DNA of 64,000 bases from an uncultured Clostridia bacterium (GCA_937877675.1 CALEIS010000135.1:173557-237556); one strand, 5' to 3'. Shown: positions 37,077 to 48,305, numbered from the stretch's first letter. Translations and numbers: made by a program. Notes: generated from the letters alone by a model not told the origin.

Positions 37077-37757
37077 TTATTTTCCAAATTTTTTCTATAA
37101 AATTGGCAACATCATCTTTCTTGCTCTAATTACATCACTCTCAGTAACGTCATCATGTAAGCCAAATCTTTCTCTTACCCACTCTTTATTCTCTTCAATC
37201 CACTGTTCTATAACATTCCAAACTTCTTTACCACTCAATGCAAACTGATTCTCTAAATCTGCTTCTAATTCCCATGCGAGTTCAAGACAGAATTCTTCAA
37301 GAGTTTTTCTATCGTCATAATGAGCACTTATAGCACCACTGAAATCATACTCATCACCACCATCTACTCTACCACTTGAATATGCTTCACCTAATGTAGC
37401 CTTATCTTTCGTTTGAGAAGCAGCAGCGATAACACCCTTAGCAAAATCTTCTTGGTCTTGTGGAGTAGTAGAACCACTCATTTGCTTCTGACGAATTTGG
37501 TCAGCACGGTTGAATAATGCTTGTCTAGTACCATCGTCAATGTCTTGTGGAGCATTGAAGTATACATAATTCATTACATCCTTATCTTCTAATCCATCTA
37601 CATCTTTCTCTTGAAGAGTTGGTGTAGCATTAGCAACAAGGTCTGTATCCTGAGCAATATCTTCCGTAGTTTCTTCCTGTGTATCTACATTACCAGGGAC
37701 AGTGGCAGGTTGCATAATTGCTTCCTCATTTATAAATCTTACTCTAAAGCGTTTCAT
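37077..37757 (-). CDS. acidic head-module protein (unknown role)
   Basis: 220-aa ORF ending at TAG (37095-97). TAA follows 5 codons later. It lies directly downstream of the capsid gene. Confidence 0.6.
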
Positions 37758-37780
37758 TACTGTTTTATTTAATAGAAAAA

Positions 37781-37802
37781 GGAGACTTCCGAAGAAGTCT
37801 CC
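37781..37802 (-). terminator. rho-independent terminator after the capsid gene
   Basis: ggagacttc-cgaa-gaagtctcc, with a T-run on the minus strand. Confidence 0.7.
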
Positions 37803-37833
37803 CTTGAAGTTAGATTTGTTTTATCCTATTAGA

Positions 37834-39981
37834 TTAGGCGTTATGATTCCAAACAGAACCTTCAGCAGGAGTTACTGTTACAGCAGTAGGAGCAGTAACC
37901 TGTACAGCAGGGCTGATTGGGAATGCATAGGAAGGAGCAGTACCAGTGGTTTCTGCATGAGCAGCATAACCGTTAGGATACATCTTATTGTCGTTCTGAA
38001 CACCAGGGTTGGAGAAGTCGTCAATAAGGATTACATGGTAGTAGAGGTGAGAACCGAAGATATTGTCCATTACACCGTAACGAGTCATAAGACCTACGTG
38101 TGGTGAGAAGGAGTTAGTATCGGTTGCAGTCTGAACCATGATAGGAATGTATGGGCAGTAAATGATACCTGCATCATACGTATCAGCACCCTTATAACCA
38201 AGCATACAATAGTTAGGAAGTTTAACTTCCTGCTCAGTTGTGTCGAACATATCGCCATAACCCATACCGTAGTCATCAGTGCTGTAAACGGCAGTTCTCT
38301 CATCAATGTAAACATTGAACTTGTTACCACCAAGAGTACCAGCAGCAGCGGTCTGAGCATTGTTAAGCTCGATGGTGTTGTTTACCTGCATAGGAACATA
38401 GTCCTCAAGCATCTGAAGAAGAGCAGCAACGTCAGGAGTACATACGATGAAGTTAGCAGCACCACGGTGGTTGCGAACACGCATTCTCATAGCCATCTTG
38501 ATAATGAACTGATAGAATGCACGAGCACGCTCACCCATCCAACGAGCGTCAGCGAGCTTACCAGACCATACAGACCATTCATTGTGCTTGAGAGCTGTGA
38601 AGAGCATACGAACAGTCATTTCACGGTCGATTTCAGCCTGAAGCTCATAGCTCATCTGCTGAGTAGCTTCGGTGTCGATGTCAATACCGTTGGTGTTCTT
38701 GAGGTCTTCCTGAGTTTCAAGTGTCCAAGAGGTTGAAAGTCTACGAGTACCAGCTTCAACAGCCTGCTTCTCGAAACCGAAGGAGGTACGAGCGATAGCA
38801 CCAGTAGCTTCAAAAGCATGAACGCGAGCAGCGATACCAGTATCCTCAAGACGGAACTGCCAACGACCACCTGCAAGAGGCTGGAGGAGTTGCTTGTCCT
38901 GAGCACCTGTGAAGCGGGTATCAAGACGCTGATAACCCATTTCAGAGTTACCCAAGTCCCACTTACCAGTTACTTCATTGAACTTGATGTCAGAAATCTG
39001 AACGTCACCCTTAGCAGGGTCAGAGATACCAACAATCTTAGTACCATCTGTAGCATCCTCTACACGCTTTTCAGCAGCAGTCTAAATTTTGTCAAGAAGT
39101 TCTGTCTCGGATGAATCAACACCACGCTGAGCAGCAACAACAACAGCTTCCTTAATCTTGGCTTCTGTGATGGTTGTAAGTGTAGCATAATCAACTTCAC
39201 CAATAATCTGTGTAAGAACAGGGTGAACGATGTACTTCTTATTCTTTTCAGAAGCAGCCTTTGTACTTACGAAAGCAGGGTTTGCAACGATTGCAGGGAA
39301 ACTCTGTGGGAAACCATTACCAACAACAGTTACAAGAGTAGCACTACCTTCGGCTGTTGAAGTAGCGTCAGTAATAGTAAGCTTAGCCTTGGTCTCTACA
39401 CCACGGATACCCTGAGCGGTATACTCAGTAGCAGCAGAACCATTGTATACAGTATCACGCTGAGCATATTCAGTTGTTTCACCAGAAACACGAGGACTGT
39501 GAACGTGCTCTGTGGAGCTGTCACCAAGAGCGTTAGCACCCTTGAGGTAACGATAACGGATAGCGAATGCAAGAGCTACAGGGCCAGGCATAGGCTGAAC
39601 ACCAACCGTTTCATTGCTCATAAGAGCAGGATAGATACGGCGAACCATAGGAAGAATAGTCGTTGGGTTACGCATGTCACCAGGAGCATAGAAGTCACTG
39701 TTGCCAAGCTCACCACCGTGAAGACCATTCTGAGGACCGAACATAGCGGTTGTCATTGCAGGACTGTTCTCATTGAGCCAACGCATCTGGTTCTCAAGAA
39801 GCATAGCGGTGTTGTTACGAACAGCCTTGGAGCGAATAGGAGCGAAACCAGCAGTACACTCAAGAAGCTCAGACCAGTTCTTTACTGCCTTGCGAGTACG
39901 CTGACCATTTTTCTGCGTCTGGGTAAGGCGAGCCTTAGGAGCAGCCTGTGCAGTACGCTTTGTTTTAGTAATAATAGCCAT
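37834..39981 (-). CDS. major capsid protein, T4 gp23-like, with one in-frame TAG
   Basis: Track ORFs 39082..39981 and 37834..38955 share a frame. They are joined through TAG 39082-84 with no other stop (..ELLDKI*TAAEKRVED..). The N-terminal part has gp23-type motifs LLENQ..WL, PMVRRIYPALMSNETVGVQPMPGPVALAFAIRY. Confidence 0.75.
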
Positions 39982-40024
39982 AATTGTATAAAAAGTATTT
40001 AGTTATTTGTATTTATTTTAGGGT

Positions 40025-41080
40025 TTATCCCTCAAAATTATCTTCCCAATTCTTTACGAGCTTAGTAAGCCATGAGTTATTGGATTCATTGAGGGGCTTC
40101 TTAGAAGATTTTTCAATAGCAGGTTTTTTACCTTCTGTCATAATTCTGCTCAATTCCTTACGAGAATGTGCAGCGATTTGCTGACTCTTTGAATTAGCAC
40201 GTGTTCTCTCAGCTAATACAGCATTCTCCTTGAGATTGTTTGTGCGATACTGCTTTACAGTATATTCAAAGTTATCCTTGATGAACTGCAAGGAAGCCTT
40301 CTCCAATACACGCTCTACAAACATTCTCTGGTCTTTTGAGGGAATCTCAGCCAATCTCTTAGCAAGATATGCCTTGCGTTCAGCTTCAGCAATAACTGCC
40401 TTAGCCTCTGCAAGTTCTGCCTTGAGTGACTCATTTTCCTCATTGAGAGAACTGATTTCCTTCTTACCATTCTCGATACGATTATATGCTTCGAGAATAG
40501 GACGCTTGAGTGCTTCACTGTTGTAAACTTCCTCAAAATTAAGGAGTTGCTTGAAGGATTCAAGGAGTTCAATAGCCTTGGTGTTCTTTACAGCAGACTG
40601 AATCTGCTCATAAGGAATGCACTTATCAACATTCTCTACGATAAACTTACCAAGTTCCTTAGTAATGCTCTCACGGAATGACTCTGCTTCCTGAGCAGCT
40701 TTCACTTCGTAAGACTCCTTGAGAGTAGCAATAGCCTTGTTGGCATTCTCTCTCATCTCATTGATACGCTTTACAGCCTTAGCCTTTACAGCAGACATCT
40801 CTGCCTGATGATTTTCATTGAGCTTGTTTACAACCTTTACGAGATTGATTTTAGCATTCTCATCAAGTTTAGTAACAAGTTTCTGCATTCTCTCTGTAAG
40901 AGCGGCATCCAATGATACCTCAGCGGATTTAACAGCGGTAGCAATCTGCTCACTTACCTTGCTTTCAACCAACTTATCGAAAGCTTCCTGAAGAGTAGCG
41001 AGACCAGTCTCACTAACTGCTTCAAGTAACTCCTTGGGAAGCAAGTCCTTTACATTTACAGATGTGTCGTTATTATCCAT
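40025..41080 (-). CDS. prohead scaffolding protein (coiled coil)
   Basis: 351-aa Ala/Glu/Lys-rich helical protein between the protease and capsid genes, the same position as gp22 in T4. Confidence 0.65.
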   Translation of the reverse strand: MDNNDTSVNVKDLLPKELLEAVSETGLATLQEAFDKLVESKVSEQIATAVKSAEVSLDAALTERMQKLVTKLDENAKINLVKVVNKLNENHQAEMSAVKAKAVKRINEMRENANKAIATLKESYEVKAAQEAESFRESITKELGKFIVENVDKCIPYEQIQSAVKNTKAIELLESFKQLLNFEEVYNSEALKRPILEAYNRIENGKKEISSLNEENESLKAELAEAKAVIAEAERKAYLAKRLAEIPSKDQRMFVERVLEKASLQFIKDNFEYTVKQYRTNNLKENAVLAERTRANSKSQQIAAHSRKELSRIMTEGKKPAIEKSSKKPLNESNNSWLTKLVKNWEDNFEG

Positions 41081-41093
41081 TGTTATAAAAATT

Positions 41094-41252
41094 TTAGATT
41101 AGTGTTTCTTTACCTACCTTGTGAATCTGCTGACCAATACGTGCAGCCACAAGTTTGTTTAATTCTTCTCTTGCAGCTTCCTTATTGCCCATGAGAACAT
41201 TCTCAATAAGCTTGAGTGTTACTGCTTCTTGTTGTTTAGAATTATCAGACAT
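41094..41252 (-). CDS. small prohead-core-like protein (52 aa)
   Basis: MSDNSKQQEAVTLKLIENVLMGNKEAAREELNKLVAARIGQQIHKVGKETLI. It fills the gap between protease and scaffold and is below the track's cut-off. Confidence 0.45.
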   Translation of the reverse strand: MSDNSKQQEAVTLKLIENVLMGNKEAAREELNKLVAARIGQQIHKVGKETLI

Positions 41253-41310
41253 AAGTTTCAATTAGTATTTAGTGATTTTATCACGAAAAGATGTTTAGGG
41301 GAGGATTTTC

Positions 41311-41982
41311 TTACATTTTCTTCATGAAATCCATAACAGCACCTAAAAGATACTTCTCTACATCCTTCTTAGGAAGTTTAGCCAACTTCTTATCAAAGCT
41401 CTCATACTGCTCTACGTACTTCTCATTGTAGTTACAAATCCAATCTTTACTTTCAAGAATACCATTTACGAATGCTTTCTGACAAGAAGGGTCATGAACA
41501 ATGTCAAATGTGCAAAGTTGGAAATCTGTTACAATACCTGTGCTCTCATCCAAACATCCAAGTGAACGAGAAGAAACACCTAATTGTACACCGTCTCTCA
41601 AAAGGCTTTCTACAATCTTACCTGTAGGTGTGCTCAAAATCTTGGACTTACCATAGAATACATTACCATCCTGCTTGAGAGAAGTAATAAGGTGACATGC
41701 CTTTTCAGCATTCAAGTTAGGATACTCAGGATGTTCCAATTCACCTGTTGCTCTGTGTTGAAGAACGAACTTCTCATTGAACTCATTAATCTGCTGTACC
41801 ATCTCATCAAGAGGATAGATACGATTATTACGGTTACGACTGTTAGCCTCTGTGAATGGGCCTTCAATATAATATCTCTTTTCTTTTGAACCGTCAGGCA
41901 TTTCTACACTCTCATTGAGGAATGAGAATTCATGTCTGTCTTTAGGTTCTTCTACGATAAGTTTCAAACTTTTAGTAATCAT
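41311..41982 (-). CDS. prohead core protease (T4 gp21-like)
   Basis: NRNNRIYP...ATGELEHPE matches gp21-family signature regions. Synteny with scaffold and capsid genes. Confidence 0.7.
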   Translation of the reverse strand: MITKSLKLIVEEPKDRHEFSFLNESVEMPDGSKEKRYYIEGPFTEANSRNRNNRIYPLDEMVQQINEFNEKFVLQHRATGELEHPEYPNLNAEKACHLITSLKQDGNVFYGKSKILSTPTGKIVESLLRDGVQLGVSSRSLGCLDESTGIVTDFQLCTFDIVHDPSCQKAFVNGILESKDWICNYNEKYVEQYESFDKKLAKLPKKDVEKYLLGAVMDFMKKM

Positions 41983-42052
41983 GTTATAATTTATTTATGA
42001 AATTTTGAAAAATATAGTTGACAAATGAACTCTAATGTGCTAGTCTTTATTC

Positions 42053-42760
42053 ATGCAAAACAACAAACATATTATTATGATGGGTGACAATAAGTCACTA
42101 TCTGCAATTTCTGAGAATATTCTTCTTCAATATATTCCTCAAGAAGTTCTTAGAGAAAATATCATTGATACCAACTTTCCAAATTATGAACTGTATACTC
42201 TTCTTGTAGGGAAAACATACGGACATGTAATTGAGAAGAAGATTATCAATGAGCGTTTTAGTGATACACTTCCAAGTGATAATTCTATTACCGATTACGA
42301 TGCAACTTGTAACAATTTGCGTATTGAAATAAAGTCTTCACGTGTTCTTCGTAATAATTCTACAAAACGTGAAGAACTTGGTTTATCATTTTGGGAAGAT
42401 GCTGCATCAATCAATGATAAGAAATATGAATGGTCTTCTCCTTGGCAACAGGTAAAGCCAACATATTGCGATTATTTTATTTTTCACGCATTATACAAGG
42501 ACGGTTCACGGTATTTTGTAGTACCTTCGAGATGCATTGCAAGCAATATCTATGAAGAATCATCTGATGTCATACGTCTTGGAAAACAACATCCATCACC
42601 TGATGAGGGGGTTGTAAACAATAACACTATTGCTAAAAAGAATGCTCACATTTTTGAAATCACAGATGACATTCTAAATCTTCAAGATGCAATCAATTTA
42701 GTGTAGGAACGTTTAAAGACTAATAGTCTAGTTCTACCAAAACCTAGAAAGAAGAAATAA
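42053..42760 (+). CDS. putative PD-(D/E)xK restriction endonuclease
   Basis: D...EIK motif (ITDYDATCNNLRIEIKSS). Convergent with a gamma-class methyltransferase. The ORF ends at TAG 42704 and TAA follows 17 codons later. Confidence 0.4.
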
Positions 42761-42775
42761 TTTTTAAAAAAAGAG

Positions 42776-42800
42776 GGTGGCTCATTTGAGCCACCTTTTT
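42776..42800. terminator. bidirectional hairpin between convergent genes
   Basis: ggtggctc-attt-gagccacc, flanked by an A-run and a T-run. Confidence 0.6.
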
Positions 42801-44185
42801 GGTATACTGAAATAGAACCTCTTATTATTCTTCTTTTTTTCTTTGTACCAATCACTCTTAGAGACTTTGATTATGTAATCAAATACTTTCTCATAAGGTT
42901 CATCAGTATTTTCTTTCCACCATTCCTTAAACTCATCTGTGAGATTATCTTCCAAATTATCAACAGGAACACATCTTGCAGCACCAGGTGATATATTACG
43001 GTTCACATCATAATCACAGAAACCAAAATAATCACCTGAGTTACTAGACGGATTACCTGAGAAGTAAAACGATTTACAAGGATTAGGATTTATCTGATAT
43101 ACGAATTCCTTTACATTCTTCAAACTATCATCTCTATAATACCAATCTACTTTATCTCCACGATTAGTTATAGGCTTATAGTAACTTTCGTCCTTAAGTC
43201 TGTCTAGTATATTTCTACCTTGGATTACCTTTACATAAGAAAGAATAATCTCCAACTTCTTCTGTACTGCTTCACTTTCAAATGGCTTGGAGAATACTTT
43301 CAAGTGAAACTTACCATTGTAACTAAGTCTATCATAAAGTGTCTCGATAGTAATATCATTGTCTGATATAATACTTACAAGTCTATTCTTGAAATGTTCT
43401 AAAGGCTCACCATGTACAGACATCAAAAGACTTTCACAAGGAACAGAACCAAGATATGTACTTTTGAATATTTCATTATAGACAAATTCATCCTTATTTT
43501 CCATGCAGAAATAATCTCTGAGATTAGTAATAGTACCATTTACCAAAGTTTCTGTTGTAGGCGTTTCATATGTATTGAAATGAATATACATCAAATCTTG
43601 AGCAACGCCATCGAATTCATCACCATTAATTTCCTCAATCTTTACAATTTTACACTTAGAAAGCATAAACTCTTTGAACTTGTTATAGAACTTAGAGTTA
43701 TTTTTGATAATAGAGTTAGGAAGAATATAGTGAATATCACCTTGAACTTTATTTGTATAAATGATGTCAAGTGTCTTGAGGATAAAGAATACACATTCTT
43801 CTCTAATACCACTAATGCCATACTTCTTCCTAAGAGCATGAACATATTCTTTATGTGTAGTGAGGGAATATGCAGGGGTTCGATAAGGAGGATTACCAAT
43901 AAAGATTATCTTCTTGTCAGTCTCCAATTCAAAATCATAGAAGTTTTTACAGATTGTATTAGGTGTGTTATACTTTTCAAATAACTCTTCATCCAATTCA
44001 ATACCTAAAACATCATCATACTTTTGTTCCATTAGTTTTAGAAAACTACCCTCACCATAAGAAGGTTCAATATAAATGGCATCTTCATTCTCAATACCAT
44101 CAATTATACTTTTAGATAATTCGTCAGGCGTAAAGAATTGACCAAATAAATTCTTCTTTCCTTGTACATTCTTCGCATCAATCAT
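42782..44185 (-). CDS. N6-adenine DNA methyltransferase (gamma class, TaqI/Eco57I-like)
   Basis: GQFFTP...EPSYGEGSF...FIGNPPY, with a large C-terminal recognition region. Confidence 0.75.
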   Translation of the reverse strand: MIDAKNVQGKKNLFGQFFTPDELSKSIIDGIENEDAIYIEPSYGEGSFLKLMEQKYDDVLGIELDEELFEKYNTPNTICKNFYDFELETDKKIIFIGNPPYRTPAYSLTTHKEYVHALRKKYGISGIREECVFFILKTLDIIYTNKVQGDIHYILPNSIIKNNSKFYNKFKEFMLSKCKIVKIEEINGDEFDGVAQDLMYIHFNTYETPTTETLVNGTITNLRDYFCMENKDEFVYNEIFKSTYLGSVPCESLLMSVHGEPLEHFKNRLVSIISDNDITIETLYDRLSYNGKFHLKVFSKPFESEAVQKKLEIILSYVKVIQGRNILDRLKDESYYKPITNRGDKVDWYYRDDSLKNVKEFVYQINPNPCKSFYFSGNPSSNSGDYFGFCDYDVNRNISPGAARCVPVDNLEDNLTDEFKEWWKENTDEPYEKVFDYIIKVSKSDWYKEKKKNNKRFYFSIPKRWLK

Positions 44186-44269
44186 GTATATATTTTACCA
44201 TAGTTCTATAAAACACAAAAGGCTTCCCAATAACTTAGGAAGCCAATGAATAAATTGTTTTCAGATAAA

Positions 44270-44740
44270 TTAGTCAACGATGCTAATAAAGTTATTACGC
44301 TTTTTAACAAGCCACTGTTTTTCTTTCATGTCGTATACAGCACATGACTTAGAATTAAGTGTGTTTCCTGAGTATGCCCATACCCAAATTCTTCTACCAC
44401 CTGTTGCAGCACTTGAAATTTCAAGTCTATATCTTCTGCCATCTGGAGTATTTCTGTATTCACCGTAACTATATTCACGACCGTTAGACTTACACAATGA
44501 TAAGAGGTCATTTATTGAAAATTGTTCTCTTTGAAGTGGAGCTTTACGAACAGGCTTACTTGTTACTTCTGCATCTCTCATCTACAAACCATAATTCTCA
44601 AGCAAATACTTGGCAGCTTCTTTCAATACATTTCTCATTGATAACTCAGACTTGGACTTTACTACCAAGTTCTTCTGAGGAAGTACACTCTCATTGAGTC
44701 TTCCACTTACTTTCTTAATCTTTACATTATACTCAAACAT
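44270..44740 (-). CDS. MFEYNV-family protein (paralogue 1) with TAG at the N-domain/C-domain junction
   Basis: MFEYNVKIKKVSGRLNESVLPQKNLVVKSK...ENYGL*MRDAEV... TAG at 44582-84. Both track ORFs are in the same frame. Confidence 0.6.
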
Positions 44741-44770
44741 ACGTATTCTTTTATTTATAAATAATTTCAC

Positions 44771-45235
44771 ATGGGTTCTCTCAATCTCAATAGAAATACA
44801 AATTATAAGCAAGGATTCTTTTATCCAAGAAATTTAGACAAGTTCGTTGGTAAAGAAAACAAAGCAATATATCGTAGTGGCTTAGAATTAGAATACTTTA
44901 GAATCCTTGACAAAAACCCTAATGTTTTGAAATGGGGTAGTGAAGAAGTGGTTGTACCTTACTTCTTTGAAAACAAATGGCACAAGTATTACGTAGACCT
45001 TTTTGTTGTATTCAAGTTTGGTGAATCAGTGAAGAAATACTTTATTGAACTTAAACCTTACTCACAGACGGTAGAACCAAAGGTGTCTAAAAGAAAGAAG
45101 CAAATGAGTATGTTGTATGAGGCTAAGCAGTGGGCAAAGAACCAAGCCAAGTGGAAAGCAGCCACAGATTACGCTAAAAAGAATGGATGGGAGTTTCACA
45201 TTCTTACTGAAAAAGACCTAGAGAATAGGAAATGA
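44771..45235 (+). CDS. TnsA-N/PD-(D/E)xK-like nuclease-fold protein
   Basis: YRSGLELEYFRILD...YYVDLFV...IELKP pattern. Confidence 0.45.
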   Translation: MGSLNLNRNTNYKQGFFYPRNLDKFVGKENKAIYRSGLELEYFRILDKNPNVLKWGSEEVVVPYFFENKWHKYYVDLFVVFKFGESVKKYFIELKPYSQTVEPKVSKRKKQMSMLYEAKQWAKNQAKWKAATDYAKKNGWEFHILTEKDLENRK

Positions 45236-45250
45236 TTGTAAATAATCCTA

Positions 45251-46036
45251 ATGAAAGAATTGACGATTATTTTACAGAAGATGTTGGGAGTGGATGCTGA
45301 TGGTGTAATAGGTTCACAGACATTAGCAGCCATTGCCACAGCATTAGGAGCAACGGTTTCTTCCTATAAGGCTACAACAATAAAGAATATTCAGAAGGCA
45401 GTAGGAGCTACTGCTGATGGTGTTATTGGTAGTAAGACATTGAATGCAATTATTAGTAAGTTGGGTAATGGTGTTATTAAGAAGCAAGAGGTAGACCCTC
45501 TTGTACAAAAGTACATTGACAAGCCTATCAAGTATACTGATGTGAATTATAAGTCATCCCTTGTAAAGCAGAGTGTATTGAGAAGTGGTAACAGTGTATT
45601 TGGTAAGGCAGGGTGTGAGAATATGTTAGTAAATGTTCCTGTTCCTGCTAATTATCCTCTCAAGTACGATGGTAAGCCTGTCAAGTCTATTAGAATTCAT
45701 AAACTTGTTGCAGATAGATTGGCAGCAGCTCTTCAAGATATTATCAATCACTATGGAGAAGATATTGAAAAGGTTGCTCCTGGTGCTTGTGTGTATGACG
45801 GTTCTTATAACTTCCGTCAGTCACGAAGTTCTTCATCTCAATCTGTTCACTCATGGGGCGTTGCTATTGACTTCGATGCAGGTAATAATACAATGAAGAT
45901 GACAGCTCCTAAAGCACGTCTTTCACAAGACATTTATAAACCTTTCTTTGACATCCTTGAATACCACGGTTTCAACTCTCTTGGTAGAAGAGGAGATTAC
46001 GATTGGATGCACGTTCAAGCAACCCATTGGGGCTAA
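45251..46036 (+). CDS. endolysin: two PG_binding_1 repeats + M15-type peptidase
   Basis: Two copies of DADGVIGSQTLAAI / ADGVIGSKTLNAI. C-terminal SVHSWGVAIDFD...DWMHVQ metallopeptidase motifs. Confidence 0.75.
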   Translation: MKELTIILQKMLGVDADGVIGSQTLAAIATALGATVSSYKATTIKNIQKAVGATADGVIGSKTLNAIISKLGNGVIKKQEVDPLVQKYIDKPIKYTDVNYKSSLVKQSVLRSGNSVFGKAGCENMLVNVPVPANYPLKYDGKPVKSIRIHKLVADRLAAALQDIINHYGEDIEKVAPGACVYDGSYNFRQSRSSSSQSVHSWGVAIDFDAGNNTMKMTAPKARLSQDIYKPFFDILEYHGFNSLGRRGDYDWMHVQATHWG

Positions 46037-46050
46037 TAAAATTTTAGACA

Positions 46051-46085
46051 AAAAAACCCACTACTAATAATGTAGTGGGTTTTTT
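46051..46085. terminator. bidirectional terminator
   Basis: acccactac-taataat-gtagtgggt, flanked by A and T runs. Confidence 0.7.
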
Positions 46086-46089
46086 GTGA

Positions 46090-46479
46090 TTATCTAATGA
46101 ACTTTTCGTAATTATCACCTATTGTTTTGCCATCTTGTCCATATGGAATTCGCTTCAAAGACAAGATTGCAGTTTGCATTTCGTGAAGTAGTGCATTTAT
46201 TGTGCTTCCATCATATTCTCCTGTCTCGATGGACTTTGACATTTTATTGATTATTGATAATGATTTGAAGTATTGATTCTTAAAAGAATCGTCAACCATT
46301 TCCACATCAGCACTTTCAATTACGAGACCATACTTTTCCTTATAGAACTTGGAAGCCTCAGCAAATACTTCTTTATCAGACTTTTCCGTCTTGGACTTTA
46401 CAACCAAACTCTTGGAAGGCATTGCACTCTCATTGAGAGAACCACTCACTTTTTGAACTTTTACATTGTACTTGAACAT
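46090..46479 (-). CDS. MFEYNV-family protein (paralogue 2)
   Basis: MFKYNVKVQKVSGSLNESAMPSKSLVVKSK...KEKYGLVIE, plus a unique C-terminus. Confidence 0.6.
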   Translation of the reverse strand: MFKYNVKVQKVSGSLNESAMPSKSLVVKSKTEKSDKEVFAEASKFYKEKYGLVIESADVEMVDDSFKNQYFKSLSIINKMSKSIETGEYDGSTINALLHEMQTAILSLKRIPYGQDGKTIGDNYEKFIR

Positions 46480-46493
46480 AATCTTTCAATTAT

Positions 46494-46682
46494 TTATCCC
46501 TCAATGTACATCACAAAATCAAACATGTCCTTAACTTTATTCTCATGTAGAGCACTCATGAAGTTTCTACGAACATAAGCCTCTGCATTATTGAAATCAC
46601 GAAGCAGTCTTCCGTAAAAACCCTGAGACTGAGCAAGTGAAACCAACCAACTACGAACTTCTTTCTGAGTGAGCTTCTTCAT
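46494..46682 (-). CDS. hypothetical small protein
   Basis: Start at MKKLTQKEV, 9 nt from TATAAT. Confidence 0.45.
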   Translation of the reverse strand: MKKLTQKEVRSWLVSLAQSQGFYGRLLRDFNNAEAYVRRNFMSALHENKVKDMFDFVMYIEG

Positions 46683-46691
46683 GACACGGAC

Positions 46692-46720
46692 ATTATACAA
46701 AAATTCTAATCTTTTGTCAA
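46692..46720 (-). promoter_or_regulatory. TTGACA-N17-TATAAT promoter cassette
   Basis: attata at 46692-97 and tgtcaa at 46715-20. Confidence 0.7.
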
Positions 46721-46958
46721 GTTAATTTTGAAACTTTTTTCAATTATTTTTCATCATTTTCGTAACGAAAGCCATAAGTGATTTATTTTCAAGTAGTTCG
46801 ACCAAATGGGATTTTTGAGGTTTTATTTGTAAATAGAAGTAGAGAACTAGGAAAACTGGTCGCTCTAAACAAAACAAACATAACAAAACAAACACGAAAC
46901 ACACATGGTAGTAAGTCTACCAAACACAAACATAACACAATAGAAAGACACAATAACT

Positions 46959-47729
46959 ATGGAATTCAGTAATCCAATGATGACGATGCCTGTCACTACG
47001 GCAGGAGATGCTTACGGTAACGGTAACAACGTATGGAACAACCCATTTATGTATTTGATATGGCTTGCCATTTTCAGACAGGGTGGGTTCTTCGGAAACG
47101 GCACAGACCCTAATGTTGCAGGTCAAACATTAAACTCTGCACAGGTTGATGCCATCCGTGATACAGTTGCTCAGATTCATTCCGATGTAAACTGCGGTAA
47201 TGCAAATGGTATGAGAATACTCGACCAGATTGCTAATGATGCTAGAGCACTTGGCGTTGCTATAACTGATGTAAGCGGAAACATTTGTGATGCTAAAACT
47301 GCTATCCTCGGAGCACTCACTAACATCGCATTCCAATCCTCACAGGAAACAGCAAGTATTGTTGCTGCTGTAAAAGATTGTTGCTGCGCTACACAGAATA
47401 AGTTAGACATGCTCGGATGCAGTATTGAGAAGGGTATTCTCAATCAGACCATCGCAATGAACAACGGCTTCACTACATTAGGTAATGGTATCAGTAACTT
47501 GGGCTTCCAACTCGCTCAGCAAGACTGTGGTATCAAACAGTTGATTGCTAGTGAAGGTTGCGCCACAAGACAGTTGATGCGTGACCTCCATACAGAAGAT
47601 ATTATCACCCAGAAGAATACGCAAATCGCTGACTTGCAGGGTCAAATCTTCAAGTATTCACAGGCTGCTCAGACCGCTGAGATTATCAACGCTCTCAAGA
47701 CAACTACTACCACAACTACTACACCCTAA
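46959..47729 (+). CDS. hypothetical protein (Cys-containing, poly-Thr tail)
   Basis: 256-aa ORF with a TAA stop. Confidence 0.55.
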   Translation: MEFSNPMMTMPVTTAGDAYGNGNNVWNNPFMYLIWLAIFRQGGFFGNGTDPNVAGQTLNSAQVDAIRDTVAQIHSDVNCGNANGMRILDQIANDARALGVAITDVSGNICDAKTAILGALTNIAFQSSQETASIVAAVKDCCCATQNKLDMLGCSIEKGILNQTIAMNNGFTTLGNGISNLGFQLAQQDCGIKQLIASEGCATRQLMRDLHTEDIITQKNTQIADLQGQIFKYSQAAQTAEIINALKTTTTTTTTP

Positions 47730-47809
47730 CCTATAACTGAGGGAGTGTGAGAATGTTAGAGTTCTCCACTCCCTCTTTTGCATAACCAATAGAAAGGAAA
47801 TAAGGAAAT

Positions 47810-48283
47810 ATGATACCTACTCAACCTTATTCACCACATCCATTATTGCCTATACCTCCTATGCCTGATGATGTTGTAAAAACAATCAGAAAACATGTAG
47901 ATGATAGACTTGATGAAGTAATGGCAGGTAAAGACGAGAAGTTATACCACGAATTTGAGAAATATATTTGTCACATCCTTGAAAAGCATAAGAAAACTTG
48001 CTACAAGCATGATGACGATGAAAGTCTTACTTATAAAAAATCACCAATGGAAGCACTTTACTGCACTCTTCACAAACATCAGAAATGTATTCATGAAGGT
48101 AAGTCTATGATGGAAGTAGAACACGAAATTTGGAAAGAGCATGATTTATGCCCTGAAGAAAAACGAGTTCTCGCTTCTCTTCTCAGAGCAGACGGCCCTT
48201 ACACTTTAGCAGGAATGATTGGTATGCCTTATGAAACTTATATTGAGTTCATGGGCAAACTAGGTGAACGCTTTGTAGATTAA
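47810..48283 (+). CDS. hypothetical protein
   Basis: 157-aa ORF. A terminator follows. Confidence 0.55.
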   Translation: MIPTQPYSPHPLLPIPPMPDDVVKTIRKHVDDRLDEVMAGKDEKLYHEFEKYICHILEKHKKTCYKHDDDESLTYKKSPMEALYCTLHKHQKCIHEGKSMMEVEHEIWKEHDLCPEEKRVLASLLRADGPYTLAGMIGMPYETYIEFMGKLGERFVD

Positions 48284-48305
48284 TAACTTAACCATAAATG
48301 TATTG

